Source of the DNA: Pontimonas sp.
GTDB taxonomy: Bacteria > Actinomycetota > Actinomycetes > Actinomycetales > Microbacteriaceae
Assembly (NCBI GenBank): GCA_018402295.1
Contig: JAGYJI010000005.1
Coordinates: 77,067 to 141,066, forward strand
DNA length: 64,000 nt
Direction of reading: 5' to 3'
Part shown: piece by piece, positions 9,372 to 20,245 of the stretch
How the letters are laid out: each line of letters opens with the position of its first letter
Numbering within the stretch: the stretch's first letter is position 1
Position numbers and translations under genes: made by a program
Notes under the pieces: model-generated
Seen by the model: only the letters and a program-made list of their open reading frames with translations
Databases searched by the model: none
What the model was told of the DNA's origin: nothing

Positions 9372-10033
9372 GCACCGAACTGTTTAGGACCGCCCGGAAG
9401 GCGGAGCTCCTCCAGGGCATGCGCCATGCCCGGATGGCAATCGGGCGGGGCCAGGTTGTGTGTATCCCCACAGACACCTCCTACGCCCTGGTGGCAGACG
9501 CCTTCAAAGCCAGTGCGGTGCAGGCTCTTCGCGACGCCAGGGGCATGCCAGACGGGGCACCGCTGTCGGTCTTTGTCCCCGGAATCCCCACACTCCGGGC
9601 GTTGGCTGCTGAGGTGGCTGAGGACGTAGCCACCCTGGCGGGCGAGTTTTGGCCAGGAGCCCTCACGCTGATTGTGCCGGCGGGTGAATCCCTGAGTTGG
9701 GATCTTGGTGACACCAAGGGAACCGTCGCACTGCGGATGCCGGCCAACCGTATTGCCCTGGAGCTCCTGAGCGAGACCGGGCCCCTGGTTCAATCGGGTG
9801 CGTGGGCGAGCGGGCAGAAGCCGCTGGTGTCGCCCACTGCACTCCAGAAGAGGTTTGACGGTGTGGTTTCGGTGGTTCTGGGGGCAGCGGAGGAAAAACC
9901 GGGAACAGCCGTCTCCACCGTGATTGATGCAACCTCCCTGGATGCACCCCAGGGCAAACTTCGCATCGTGCGGGAGGGTGCGGTCCCGGTGACCGATATT
10001 TTCTCGGTGATTCCACCTGAGCGTTTTGCCTAA
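9368..10033 (+). CDS. Sua5/YrdC/TsaC-fold protein with degenerate catalytic motifs
   Basis: PTDTSY, FWPGALT, TVALRMP, STVID and REGA fold motifs present; KxR and SxN motifs replaced. Confidence 0.85.
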   Translation: MSTELFRTARKAELLQGMRHARMAIGRGQVVCIPTDTSYALVADAFKASAVQALRDARGMPDGAPLSVFVPGIPTLRALAAEVAEDVATLAGEFWPGALTLIVPAGESLSWDLGDTKGTVALRMPANRIALELLSETGPLVQSGAWASGQKPLVSPTALQKRFDGVVSVVLGAAEEKPGTAVSTVIDATSLDAPQGKLRIVREGAVPVTDIFSVIPPERFA

Positions 10034-10109
10034 ACCATCGCTGGAAGGCTAATTAGTTTCTCCCAGGGGTGCTTTGCTAAAGTCATGAGAGACGACATTC
10101 GCCGCGCTC

Positions 10110-10946
10110 ATGTGCGCCCCGAAACTGGAGACAGAGCTGTTAACAGAAGCCACTGACACGCTGTTCCAGTTAGCAGCCGGCGAAACCTTTAGTCCTCCGA
10201 CGATCGAGGAATTTTTCCCTCCCGCAGTGCTCTTTGAGGGCACCTGGTTCGAGATGAACCGCATCATTTTGGTGCGTCTTCTGGCTGTTGTGGCACTGGT
10301 CTTGGTCTTTTGGCTGGGAACCCGCAAGATGCGCACCGTTCCTGGCCGATTCCAGGGAACGGTGGAGCTGGCGTTGAACCTGGTTCGCGTCAACATCGCT
10401 GAGGATCTGCTCGGCGAGAAGGATGGCAAGCGCTTCCTCCCGCTACTCACCACGATTTTCTTCATGGTCTGGTTCATGAATGTGACGGGAATCATTCCGG
10501 GTCTCAACATTGCCGGAACCAGCATTATCGGAATGCCGCTGGTGTTGGCGATTGCCGCCTATGTGGCCTTTGTCTATGCCGGTCTTCGTAAGCACCCGGT
10601 GGCGTTCTTGAAGAACTCGCTGCTTCCCCCGGGTGTTCCGTGGCCCCTCTACATCATCGTGACGCCGATCGAGTTTGTCTCCACCTTCATTCTTCGCCCG
10701 GTCACGCTGACTCTGCGTTTGCTGATGAACATGGTGGTGGGTCACTTCCTGCTGGTGCTGTTTTTCTCCTCCACCCACTTCTTCATTCTGTATTCCGACT
10801 CCTGGATGGCATTCTTTGGTATCGGGACTATCGCGTTTAGCATCGCGTTCACCTTTTTTGAACTGTTGGTCGCAACCCTGCAGGCCTACGTATTCACCCT
10901 TTTGACCGCCGTCTACCTCCAGCTCGCGCTGGCGGAAGAACACTAA
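10110..10946 (+). CDS. atpB: ATP synthase Fo subunit a (true start probably somewhat downstream)
   Basis: RPVTLTLRLLMNM (essential Arg) and LQAYVF motifs. Confidence 0.95.
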   Translation: MCAPKLETELLTEATDTLFQLAAGETFSPPTIEEFFPPAVLFEGTWFEMNRIILVRLLAVVALVLVFWLGTRKMRTVPGRFQGTVELALNLVRVNIAEDLLGEKDGKRFLPLLTTIFFMVWFMNVTGIIPGLNIAGTSIIGMPLVLAIAAYVAFVYAGLRKHPVAFLKNSLLPPGVPWPLYIIVTPIEFVSTFILRPVTLTLRLLMNMVVGHFLLVLFFSSTHFFILYSDSWMAFFGIGTIAFSIAFTFFELLVATLQAYVFTLLTAVYLQLALAEEH

Positions 10947-11231
<285 letters not shown>

Positions 11232-11239
11232 GCCTGAGC

Positions 11240-11851
11240 ATGCAGACCGAAGCACTCCTTCTCGCAGCGGAAGGGGAAGCAACCAACCCGTTGCTCCCCG
11301 CGATCTATGACATTGTCTGGTCGATCATTCCGTTTGCTTTGGTGTTGCTGCTGTTCTGGCGCGTGGTGTTGCCCAGACTGCAGAAGACACTGGATGAGCG
11401 CTCCGAGGCTATCGAGGGTGGAATCGCCCAGGCAGAGAACGCCCAAGCTGAGGCTAAGGAAGCGTTGGAGAAATACAACGCCCTCCTCGCCGAAGCCCGG
11501 GCTGAAGCTGCCAGCATCAGAGATCAGGCCCGCACCGAGGGGACACAGATTCTTCAAGAAATGAAGACGAATGCCCAAACGGAAGCGGACCGGATAGCCC
11601 AGAGCGCGCAGGCACAAATCGAAGCAGAACGCCACCAAGCTGTGCTCTCCTTGCGCAAAGAGGTCGGCAACCTGGCGCTCGATTTGGCTTCCGCCGTCGT
11701 GCAGGAGCGCCTGTCCGAGGACGCGAAAGCGGCCTCCGTCGTGGACAAGCTCCTCGCGGATCTCGATAAAGAGGCCAAGGCTCCCGCAAAGAAAGCACCT
11801 GCGAAGAAGTCCGCAGCGAAGAAAGCACCCGCGAAGAAGGCGACTAAGTAA
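11240..11851 (+). CDS. atpF: ATP synthase Fo subunit b with Lys/Ala/Pro-rich C-terminal tail
   Basis: NPLLP, one TM helix, LDER..I coiled coil; tail KAPAKKAPAKKSAAKKAPAKKATK. Confidence 0.95.
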   Translation: MQTEALLLAAEGEATNPLLPAIYDIVWSIIPFALVLLLFWRVVLPRLQKTLDERSEAIEGGIAQAENAQAEAKEALEKYNALLAEARAEAASIRDQARTEGTQILQEMKTNAQTEADRIAQSAQAQIEAERHQAVLSLRKEVGNLALDLASAVVQERLSEDAKAASVVDKLLADLDKEAKAPAKKAPAKKSAAKKAPAKKATK

Positions 11852-11853
11852 CC

Positions 11854-12643
11854 ATGGGCGCACAGACCACACAATCCCTCGTCAAGGCTCGAGAGAGCCT
11901 GAGTGGGCACTCGGCAACCAGCGAGCTTGCCGCTTCGCTGTTTGCTGCTGCCCTGGGATTGTCGGGGTCGACAGCGCTTCGGGGTGCACTGGCGGATTCC
12001 TCGGCAGAGCAGAAAGCCCTCCAGGCGCTCGCGAAAGGTGCTTTTGCGTCGTTGTCCACCGACGCGAAAGCCCTGATTGGCGAGCTGGTCACCCTGCGCT
12101 GGTCGAGCCCGCTATGACCTGCAGGCAGCCCTGGAGGAGCTCGGTATTCGAGCCTCGCTGCGGTATCCGGTGGGTCCTCTGACTTAGTCGGTGAGTTGCT
12201 CGCGGTGTCGAAGCTGATTCACTCCGACCCCGAGGTGGAGCTCGCTGTGGGATCCAAGCGCGCACCCGCCAACGCCAAAGCGACAGCTGGTGGGTGCCCT
12301 TATCGGTGGGACAGTTTCGGCGGAAGCAGAGGCCATTGTGCGCCACCTGGTGGCGGACCCCAGAGGTCGCCGGATTGGACGCATGCTGATGACTGCAGCG
12401 GAAATTGTTGCCGACCAGGGCGGCAAGGGACTCGCCGTTGTCTCAGTCGCTAAGCCGCTGAGTGCCGCCCAGCTGGGTCACATCGACGATCTGGTGCAGA
12501 AGAAGTATCACCGCCCGCACTACATCGCGCAGCAAATCGACGACAGTGTCGTCGGGGGAGCGCGAATTCGTGTGGGCGATGACGTAATTGATGGAAGCGT
12601 GGCCACCAGGCTGCAGGACTTGAGAATGAAACTTGCCGGCTAG
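11854..12643 (+). CDS. atpH: ATP synthase F1 subunit delta (three apparent indels near 12113, 12153 and 12283)
   Basis: [15 protein letters not shown] recovered across frames; C-terminal [18 protein letters not shown]. Confidence 0.9.
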
Positions 12644-12687
12644 CGCTGGCGATACACGTGCGAGTGCACACAACCAAAGGAAAAACC

Positions 12688-14325
12688 ATGGCTGAACTCA
12701 CAATCAACCCGGACCACATCCGCGATGCGCTGAAAGACTTTGCGAAGTCTTATGACCCCGGCACCGCGGCCACCACTGAGGTGGGCCACGTGCTGGATGC
12801 GGCTGACGGTATCGCCCACGTGGAGGGTCTCCCCGGCGTTATGGCCAACGAGTTGGTCAAGTTCCAGGATGGAACCCTCGGGCTCGCCCAGAACCTGGAC
12901 GAGAACGAAATCGGTGTCGTGGTCCTGGGTGAGTTCAGCGGTGTGGAGGCTGGCCAGGAAGTCACCCGGACCGGTGAGGTTCTCTCCGTCCCCGTAGGTG
13001 ATGGCTACCTCGGTCGCGTCGTTGACCCACTGGGTAACCCGATCGATGGCATGGGTGCCATCAAAGCTGAGGCCCGACGGGCTCTGGAGCTTCAGGCTCC
13101 GGGCGTTATGGCCAGGCGCAGTGTGCACGAGCCCCTGCAGACCGGTATCAAGGCGATTGACGCCATGATTCCGGTGGGTCGTGGTCAGCGTCAGCTCATC
13201 ATTGGTGACCGCCAGACCGGTAAGACGGCGATTGCGGTGGACACCATCATCAACCAGAAGGCGAACTGGGATTCCGGTGACCCGAACAAGCAGGTGCGCT
13301 GCATCTATGTGGCGATTGGTCAGAAGGGCTCGACCATCGCCGGTGTGCGCGGCGCTCTGGAAGAGGCCGGCGCCATGGAGTACACCACCATCGTGGCGGC
13401 TCCCGCGTCTGACCCCGCAGGGTTCAAGTACCTGGCCCCCTACACCGGGTCTGCCATCGGTCAGCACTGGATGTACAACTCCAAGCACGTCCTGATCATC
13501 TTCGATGACCTCTCCAAGCAGGCCGAGGCCTACCGCGCTGTGTCACTGCTGCTGCGTCGTCCCCCGGGCCGTGAGGCATACCCCGGTGACGTCTTCTACT
13601 TGCACTCCCGTCTGCTGGAGCGCTGTGCGAAGCTCTCCGACGAGATGGGTGGCGGTTCGATGACGGGCCTGCCCATCATCGAGACCAAAGCCAATGACGT
13701 CGCGGCGTTCATTCCGACCAACGTGATCTCGATCACCGACGGTCAGATCTTCCTGCAGTCCGACCTGTTCCTCGCCAACCAGCGCCCCGCCGTGGACGTG
13801 GGTATCTCGGTGTCCCGCGTGGGTGGAGACGCTCAGGTGAAATCGATCAAGTCGGTGTCGGGAACCCTGAAGCTCGAGCTTGCGCAGTATCGCTCGCTGG
13901 AGGCCTTCGCGATGTTCGCCTCCGACCTGGATGCCGCCAGCCGTCGCCAGTTGGCTCGCGGTGCCAGGCTGACCGAGCTTCTCAAGCAGCCCCAGTACTC
14001 CCCCTACCCGGTGGAGGAGCAGGTGGTGTCCATTTGGGCGGGAACCAACGGAAAGCTCGACACCATCGCGGTGGAAGACGTTCTCAAGTTTGAGGCAGAG
14101 CTGCTGGACCACCTTCGTCGCAACACCAAGATTCTCGACACGTTGCGGAAAACCAACGTGCTCGATGATGACACCAAGGCCGAGTTGGAGAAGGAAGTCG
14201 ACAAGATTGTGGTCGCCTTCCAGAGCTCCGGCGCTGAAGGTTTAGGTGCTCCGGGGAGCGAAGCGCACGACGCGCTTGCCGAGGACGACATCAACCAGGA
14301 AAAAATCGTCAAGCGCAAGCGCTAG
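12688..14325 (+). CDS. atpA: ATP synthase F1 subunit alpha
   Basis: [29 protein letters not shown]; AAGG ribosome-binding site before ATG 12688. Confidence 0.98.
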   Translation: MAELTINPDHIRDALKDFAKSYDPGTAATTEVGHVLDAADGIAHVEGLPGVMANELVKFQDGTLGLAQNLDENEIGVVVLGEFSGVEAGQEVTRTGEVLSVPVGDGYLGRVVDPLGNPIDGMGAIKAEARRALELQAPGVMARRSVHEPLQTGIKAIDAMIPVGRGQRQLIIGDRQTGKTAIAVDTIINQKANWDSGDPNKQVRCIYVAIGQKGSTIAGVRGALEEAGAMEYTTIVAAPASDPAGFKYLAPYTGSAIGQHWMYNSKHVLIIFDDLSKQAEAYRAVSLLLRRPPGREAYPGDVFYLHSRLLERCAKLSDEMGGGSMTGLPIIETKANDVAAFIPTNVISITDGQIFLQSDLFLANQRPAVDVGISVSRVGGDAQVKSIKSVSGTLKLELAQYRSLEAFAMFASDLDAASRRQLARGARLTELLKQPQYSPYPVEEQVVSIWAGTNGKLDTIAVEDVLKFEAELLDHLRRNTKILDTLRKTNVLDDDTKAELEKEVDKIVVAFQSSGAEGLGAPGSEAHDALAEDDINQEKIVKRKR

Positions 14326-14350
14326 ACGACGACTAAAGGACTAAGAACTC

Positions 14351-16708
<2,358 letters not shown>

Positions 16709-16710
16709 GA

Positions 16711-16974
16711 ATGTCCTCTCTCACCGTCACTGTTGTCTCCGCGACCGCCGAAGTGTGGTCGGGGGAGGCAACGATGGTTGTTGCGCGCACCACGGAGGGG
16801 GAGATCGGCATTTTGGCCGGCCACGAACCCACTCTCGGTGTTCTCGCCGCGGGCGAGGTGCGCATCACCACGACGGATGGCCAGAAAATCACCGCGAAGG
16901 CGGAGGATGGTTTTCTGTCCGTGGACAATAACCAGGTGACGATTGTTGCCGGTTTGGCAGAGATTACCTCCTAA
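16711..16974 (+). CDS. atpC: ATP synthase F1 subunit epsilon (short form, beta-sandwich only)
   Basis: GEIGILAGHEP and DGFLSV motifs; 87 aa from ATG 16711. Confidence 0.93.
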   Translation: MSSLTVTVVSATAEVWSGEATMVVARTTEGEIGILAGHEPTLGVLAAGEVRITTTDGQKITAKAEDGFLSVDNNQVTIVAGLAEITS

Positions 16975-16976
16975 GC

Positions 16977-17735
16977 ATGCTGGTCCTGCTGCCACCCTCA
17001 GAGACAAAAACTGCCGGTGGGGAACCAGGAACATCGCTCGATATCGGGCAGCTGAGCTTTCCGGTTCAGAACGCCGTGCGCAGCACTCTGCTCGAGCAGG
17101 TGGTGGAGCTCTCCGGTGATGAGGCGGCAGCTCTGACAGCTCTGAAGCTGGGGCCTAAAGGAGCTCCGGAGGTCCAGCGCAACCGCGACGTCCTGAGCTC
17201 GCCTGTCATGCCAGCCCTGGAGCGATACACCGGAGTGCTCTTTGATGCCCTGGATCTGTCAAGCCTGCCCCCGAGCGCTCACTCCTGGGTCATGGACACC
17301 GTGGCGGTGTTCTCTGCACTGCTGGGTGTGATTCGAGCCTCGGACCCGATCCCCGCCTACCGGTTGTCCTTCGATTCAAAGCTCTCCGGTGGCCCGTTGG
17401 CCAGCCAGTGGGCTGTGGTCGGAAATACTCTGTGGGAGGAAGTCCCAGGCTTTGTGCTGGATTTGCGAAGTGAGGGCTACCGAAAGCTTGCTCCCGTTCC
17501 CGCTGATCGGGGAGTGTTTGGGGCGTTGGTCAAGGAGGGCCCCCTGGGGTCACGACCAGCGCTCGGACACGCTAACAAGTCCGTGAAGGGGACGCTTGTT
17601 CGCGCATTAGCCGAATCAGGCGCTGGGTTTGAGAGCGTCCAGGATGTGGTGTCGTGGGGTGTAGCCCACGGCTATCGCTTTGATCCGGAGTCCTTGCGGG
17701 ATGGCGTGATGGACTTGGTGATTAGCGGTAGCTGA
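16977..17735 (+). CDS. yaaA: YaaA-family peroxide stress protein
   Basis: LLPPSETK, PALERYTGVLFDAL, IPAYRL and DLRSEGY motifs. Confidence 0.85.
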   Translation: MLVLLPPSETKTAGGEPGTSLDIGQLSFPVQNAVRSTLLEQVVELSGDEAAALTALKLGPKGAPEVQRNRDVLSSPVMPALERYTGVLFDALDLSSLPPSAHSWVMDTVAVFSALLGVIRASDPIPAYRLSFDSKLSGGPLASQWAVVGNTLWEEVPGFVLDLRSEGYRKLAPVPADRGVFGALVKEGPLGSRPALGHANKSVKGTLVRALAESGAGFESVQDVVSWGVAHGYRFDPESLRDGVMDLVISGS

Positions 17736-18186
17736 TGTTTTCTAAGCCCAGGAGCTTTTCCTTGGTGGGAATGCCCTCGCCACCGCTGTATCCGGTGATG
17801 CGGCGGTCTGAGGCCAACACTCGATGGCAGGGAATCACAATGGGGAGAGGATTTGCCCCCACAGCGCCTCCCACGGCTCTCGCGGACCCTGGCTTGCCAA
17901 TGGCGCTGCCAAGCTCGCCATAGCTGGTGGTGTGTCCATAGGGAATGTCTTGCAAGGCCGACCAGATGGACTGCTGGAACTCGGTTCCCCGGGCTTTCAG
18001 CGGAAGATCAAACGTGGTGCGTGTCCCGGCGAAGTACTCGTCCAGTTGCTGGGTGGCTAACTCGATGACGGCATCGCTCGAGGGTTGGGAAACACGTGTT
18101 CCAATGTCCAGACCGATGAGGAATTCGCCATCGGAGGTCAACGCGAGGGGGCCCAGGGGGCTGTCAATACTGACTTGAGACGTCAT
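17722..18186 (-). CDS. ogt: Methylated-DNA--protein-cysteine methyltransferase
   Basis: ARAVG and IPCHRV active-site motifs. Confidence 0.93.
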   Translation of the reverse strand: MTSQVSIDSPLGPLALTSDGEFLIGLDIGTRVSQPSSDAVIELATQQLDEYFAGTRTTFDLPLKARGTEFQQSIWSALQDIPYGHTTSYGELGSAIGKPGSARAVGGAVGANPLPIVIPCHRVLASDRRITGYSGGEGIPTKEKLLGLENISYR

Positions 18187-18246
18187 GGACCCAGCGTACC
18201 GAAGCTGAGTCCGGCGGTCGAGGGTGCTCTCACTTGCTGGGGATAA

Positions 18247-19302
18247 CTATTCTTCAATGTCGGTCGGGGGAGGGGTGAGCTCCTCCTCGGCTTCCAGGGT
18301 GACATTGATTCCCTGATTCAGCTCAGACACTTCGTCGTTCAAAACATTGAGTTCCTCGAGCAGAGTGTTGTATTCATCGATTTTGGTCTCCAGAGTTTCA
18401 CGCATCGATTTGAGTCGGGCTTGGCGTTCGATCAGGGCTCCGCGTTCCGCTTCAAACTGCGATCGAGAGGGGGACGAATCCGTGGGAGGGATGCTCGCAC
18501 GCTCGTTGAAATTCAGGATGTCAGCATTGAGGATTCGGTTCGTTTCTTCGTAGGTGAAGCGCAGCCCCTCAATCTCTGCGTTTCGGGAGTTGAGTTCATT
18601 ACTCAGTTGCTCCAACTCGGCTTGCAGGGTGTCGAATACCAGGTAGACGCGATCGGCTAGGTCCACTACTTTCGACCGGTCGTCAAAGTACCGGGAATAG
18701 TGGGCTTCGAGTGCGTCGGGGATCTCGCGGATTTCCGTTCCGATGATGGAGTAGAGCTCGGGAATACGAGATGCTGGGTTATCGGCTTCGTACGTCGCAA
18801 TGCGCTCAACCAGTGGGTGCTCTGCTCCCAGAGCCGCAAAGGCTTCCTCGAGTAGCGGGGCTAGGGCATCTCGTTCGGCTGTGGTCTTTCGAAACCAGAC
18901 TGCGTGGAGCATTTCGTGGGCGGCAACTACCGGCTCAATGCTTTCCAGCCGGGGATCGGTGACGTCGTAGAGGTAGATCCGGGAATCGCGGGTGGTGTAA
19001 CAGCCCAGAACCCCGATGCCTGGTTCGTTCCGTGTGCAATAGCGACCAAACTCGAAGGAGGGAACAACGCGGGGCAGCGATGCTTTGAGGTAGAGCGCCC
19101 CCGTCTCAGACAAGCCGGCTTGCTCGATGTAGGAGGCCACTGATTCAGGGGTATCAAACTGGTACGCCACCAGTTGGTCTTTGATGTTTCGCTCGTTCTC
19201 GACTACCCACAGAGCACCCCAGGCAGCACCTCCCTGGAGGGCGAGCGCGCCAAGAGCCAGCAGCGCAATACCTGCGCGAAGTATCTTTGACCCGATGCTC
19301 AC
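18247..19302 (-). CDS. Membrane-anchored or secreted zincin-like protein with C-terminal coiled coil
   Basis: N-terminal hydrophobic segment, AAHEMLH (HExxH), heptad-rich C-terminal ~120 aa. Confidence 0.7.
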   Translation of the reverse strand: MSIGSKILRAGIALLALGALALQGGAAWGALWVVENERNIKDQLVAYQFDTPESVASYIEQAGLSETGALYLKASLPRVVPSFEFGRYCTRNEPGIGVLGCYTTRDSRIYLYDVTDPRLESIEPVVAAHEMLHAVWFRKTTAERDALAPLLEEAFAALGAEHPLVERIATYEADNPASRIPELYSIIGTEIREIPDALEAHYSRYFDDRSKVVDLADRVYLVFDTLQAELEQLSNELNSRNAEIEGLRFTYEETNRILNADILNFNERASIPPTDSSPSRSQFEAERGALIERQARLKSMRETLETKIDEYNTLLEELNVLNDEVSELNQGINVTLEAEEELTPPPTDIEE

Positions 19303-19430
19303 GGTGAACCCTTTCCCGGCTCCCCAATTGTCCAGGAGTTAACCAAGAAAACCCTGGAGTCGAGCGCGCGTGGCGATACCTCGTGTGTGCTCCCCGGATG
19401 GCTGGGGGATGCTGTGTACCCTGACGTTCA

Positions 19431-20156
19431 ATGAGTCTTTTTGATGCCCAAACGGTGACACCTCCCTCGCCCTGCAGTCGTTGCGGCGAGCAGGTCCCGG
19501 CATCGAGCCTGTTTTGCGCCCAGTGTGGCCAGTCCATGATTCGACCCAAACCCGCGCCTGCTCGCCCCGATCCTGTTGATAACCCTGAGCCAGAGGCCGA
19601 GAGCCCGCCGCAGGAAGAGGACGAGCCGGACACCCTCTCCAAAGCCACAGGATGGCTTCGGCGGAGTCTGAACTTGGGGAAGAAAACCGACATTAATCCT
19701 GAGCCTGGCTCCGAGGCTCCGCAACCGGGTCCCCCGATCGAGGAGGAACCCACCCAAGTCATGTCCCTGTTTGACATTGAGGAGGCGGAGCGGACTGCTC
19801 AGCAGAAACCCCGCACTCAGCGCGTGCCTATTCGGTTCGTGTTGAAGTTTGCCCACGGACCTCAGGTCACTGTGGGGGAGATGCCGGGCATTATCGGGGT
19901 GAAGCCGGTGAGTGAGGATGAGCCCGCAGAAATTCAGCGCATCACCGTGGATGATGACACCGACACCGTTGCTCCTGAGCATCTGGAGTTTGGGGTGAAA
20001 AACGGGGTCTTTTGGGTTAAGGACCTCAAAACTGTCAACGGCACTGTTGTGGAGGAACCCGGTGCCAGGCCTTTGCAGTGCATTCCCTATGACACTTACT
20101 CGTTGGTGCGCGGTTCCACGGTGACTCTGGGCTCGCTGTCCTTCACTCTGCACTAA
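19431..20156 (+). CDS. Zinc-ribbon + Pro/Glu-rich linker + FHA-like domain protein
   Basis: CSRCG..FCAQCG; EHLEF..WVKDLKTVNGT..LVRGSTVTLG FHA pattern. Confidence 0.78.
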   Translation: MSLFDAQTVTPPSPCSRCGEQVPASSLFCAQCGQSMIRPKPAPARPDPVDNPEPEAESPPQEEDEPDTLSKATGWLRRSLNLGKKTDINPEPGSEAPQPGPPIEEEPTQVMSLFDIEEAERTAQQKPRTQRVPIRFVLKFAHGPQVTVGEMPGIIGVKPVSEDEPAEIQRITVDDDTDTVAPEHLEFGVKNGVFWVKDLKTVNGTVVEEPGARPLQCIPYDTYSLVRGSTVTLGSLSFTLH

Positions 20157-20245
20157 AGCTGTCCCCAGCCAGGAACTCTGTCAAGAGTTTCTCCCCTCTC
20201 GGAGGGGTGTCACGGTCGCAGTGGTGAGCGTGCTCTACTTCCCCG

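Noticed and set aside
12113-12190. In-frame TGA and TAG in atpH suggesting selenocysteine or readthrough
   Set aside because: A +1 indel followed by a -1 indel restores the conserved [11 protein letters not shown] segment, so no recoding is needed.
20172-20207. Two short hairpins between the FHA and FtsK genes
   Set aside because: Stems of 6-8 bp without a clear U-tract in GC-rich DNA are too weak to call.
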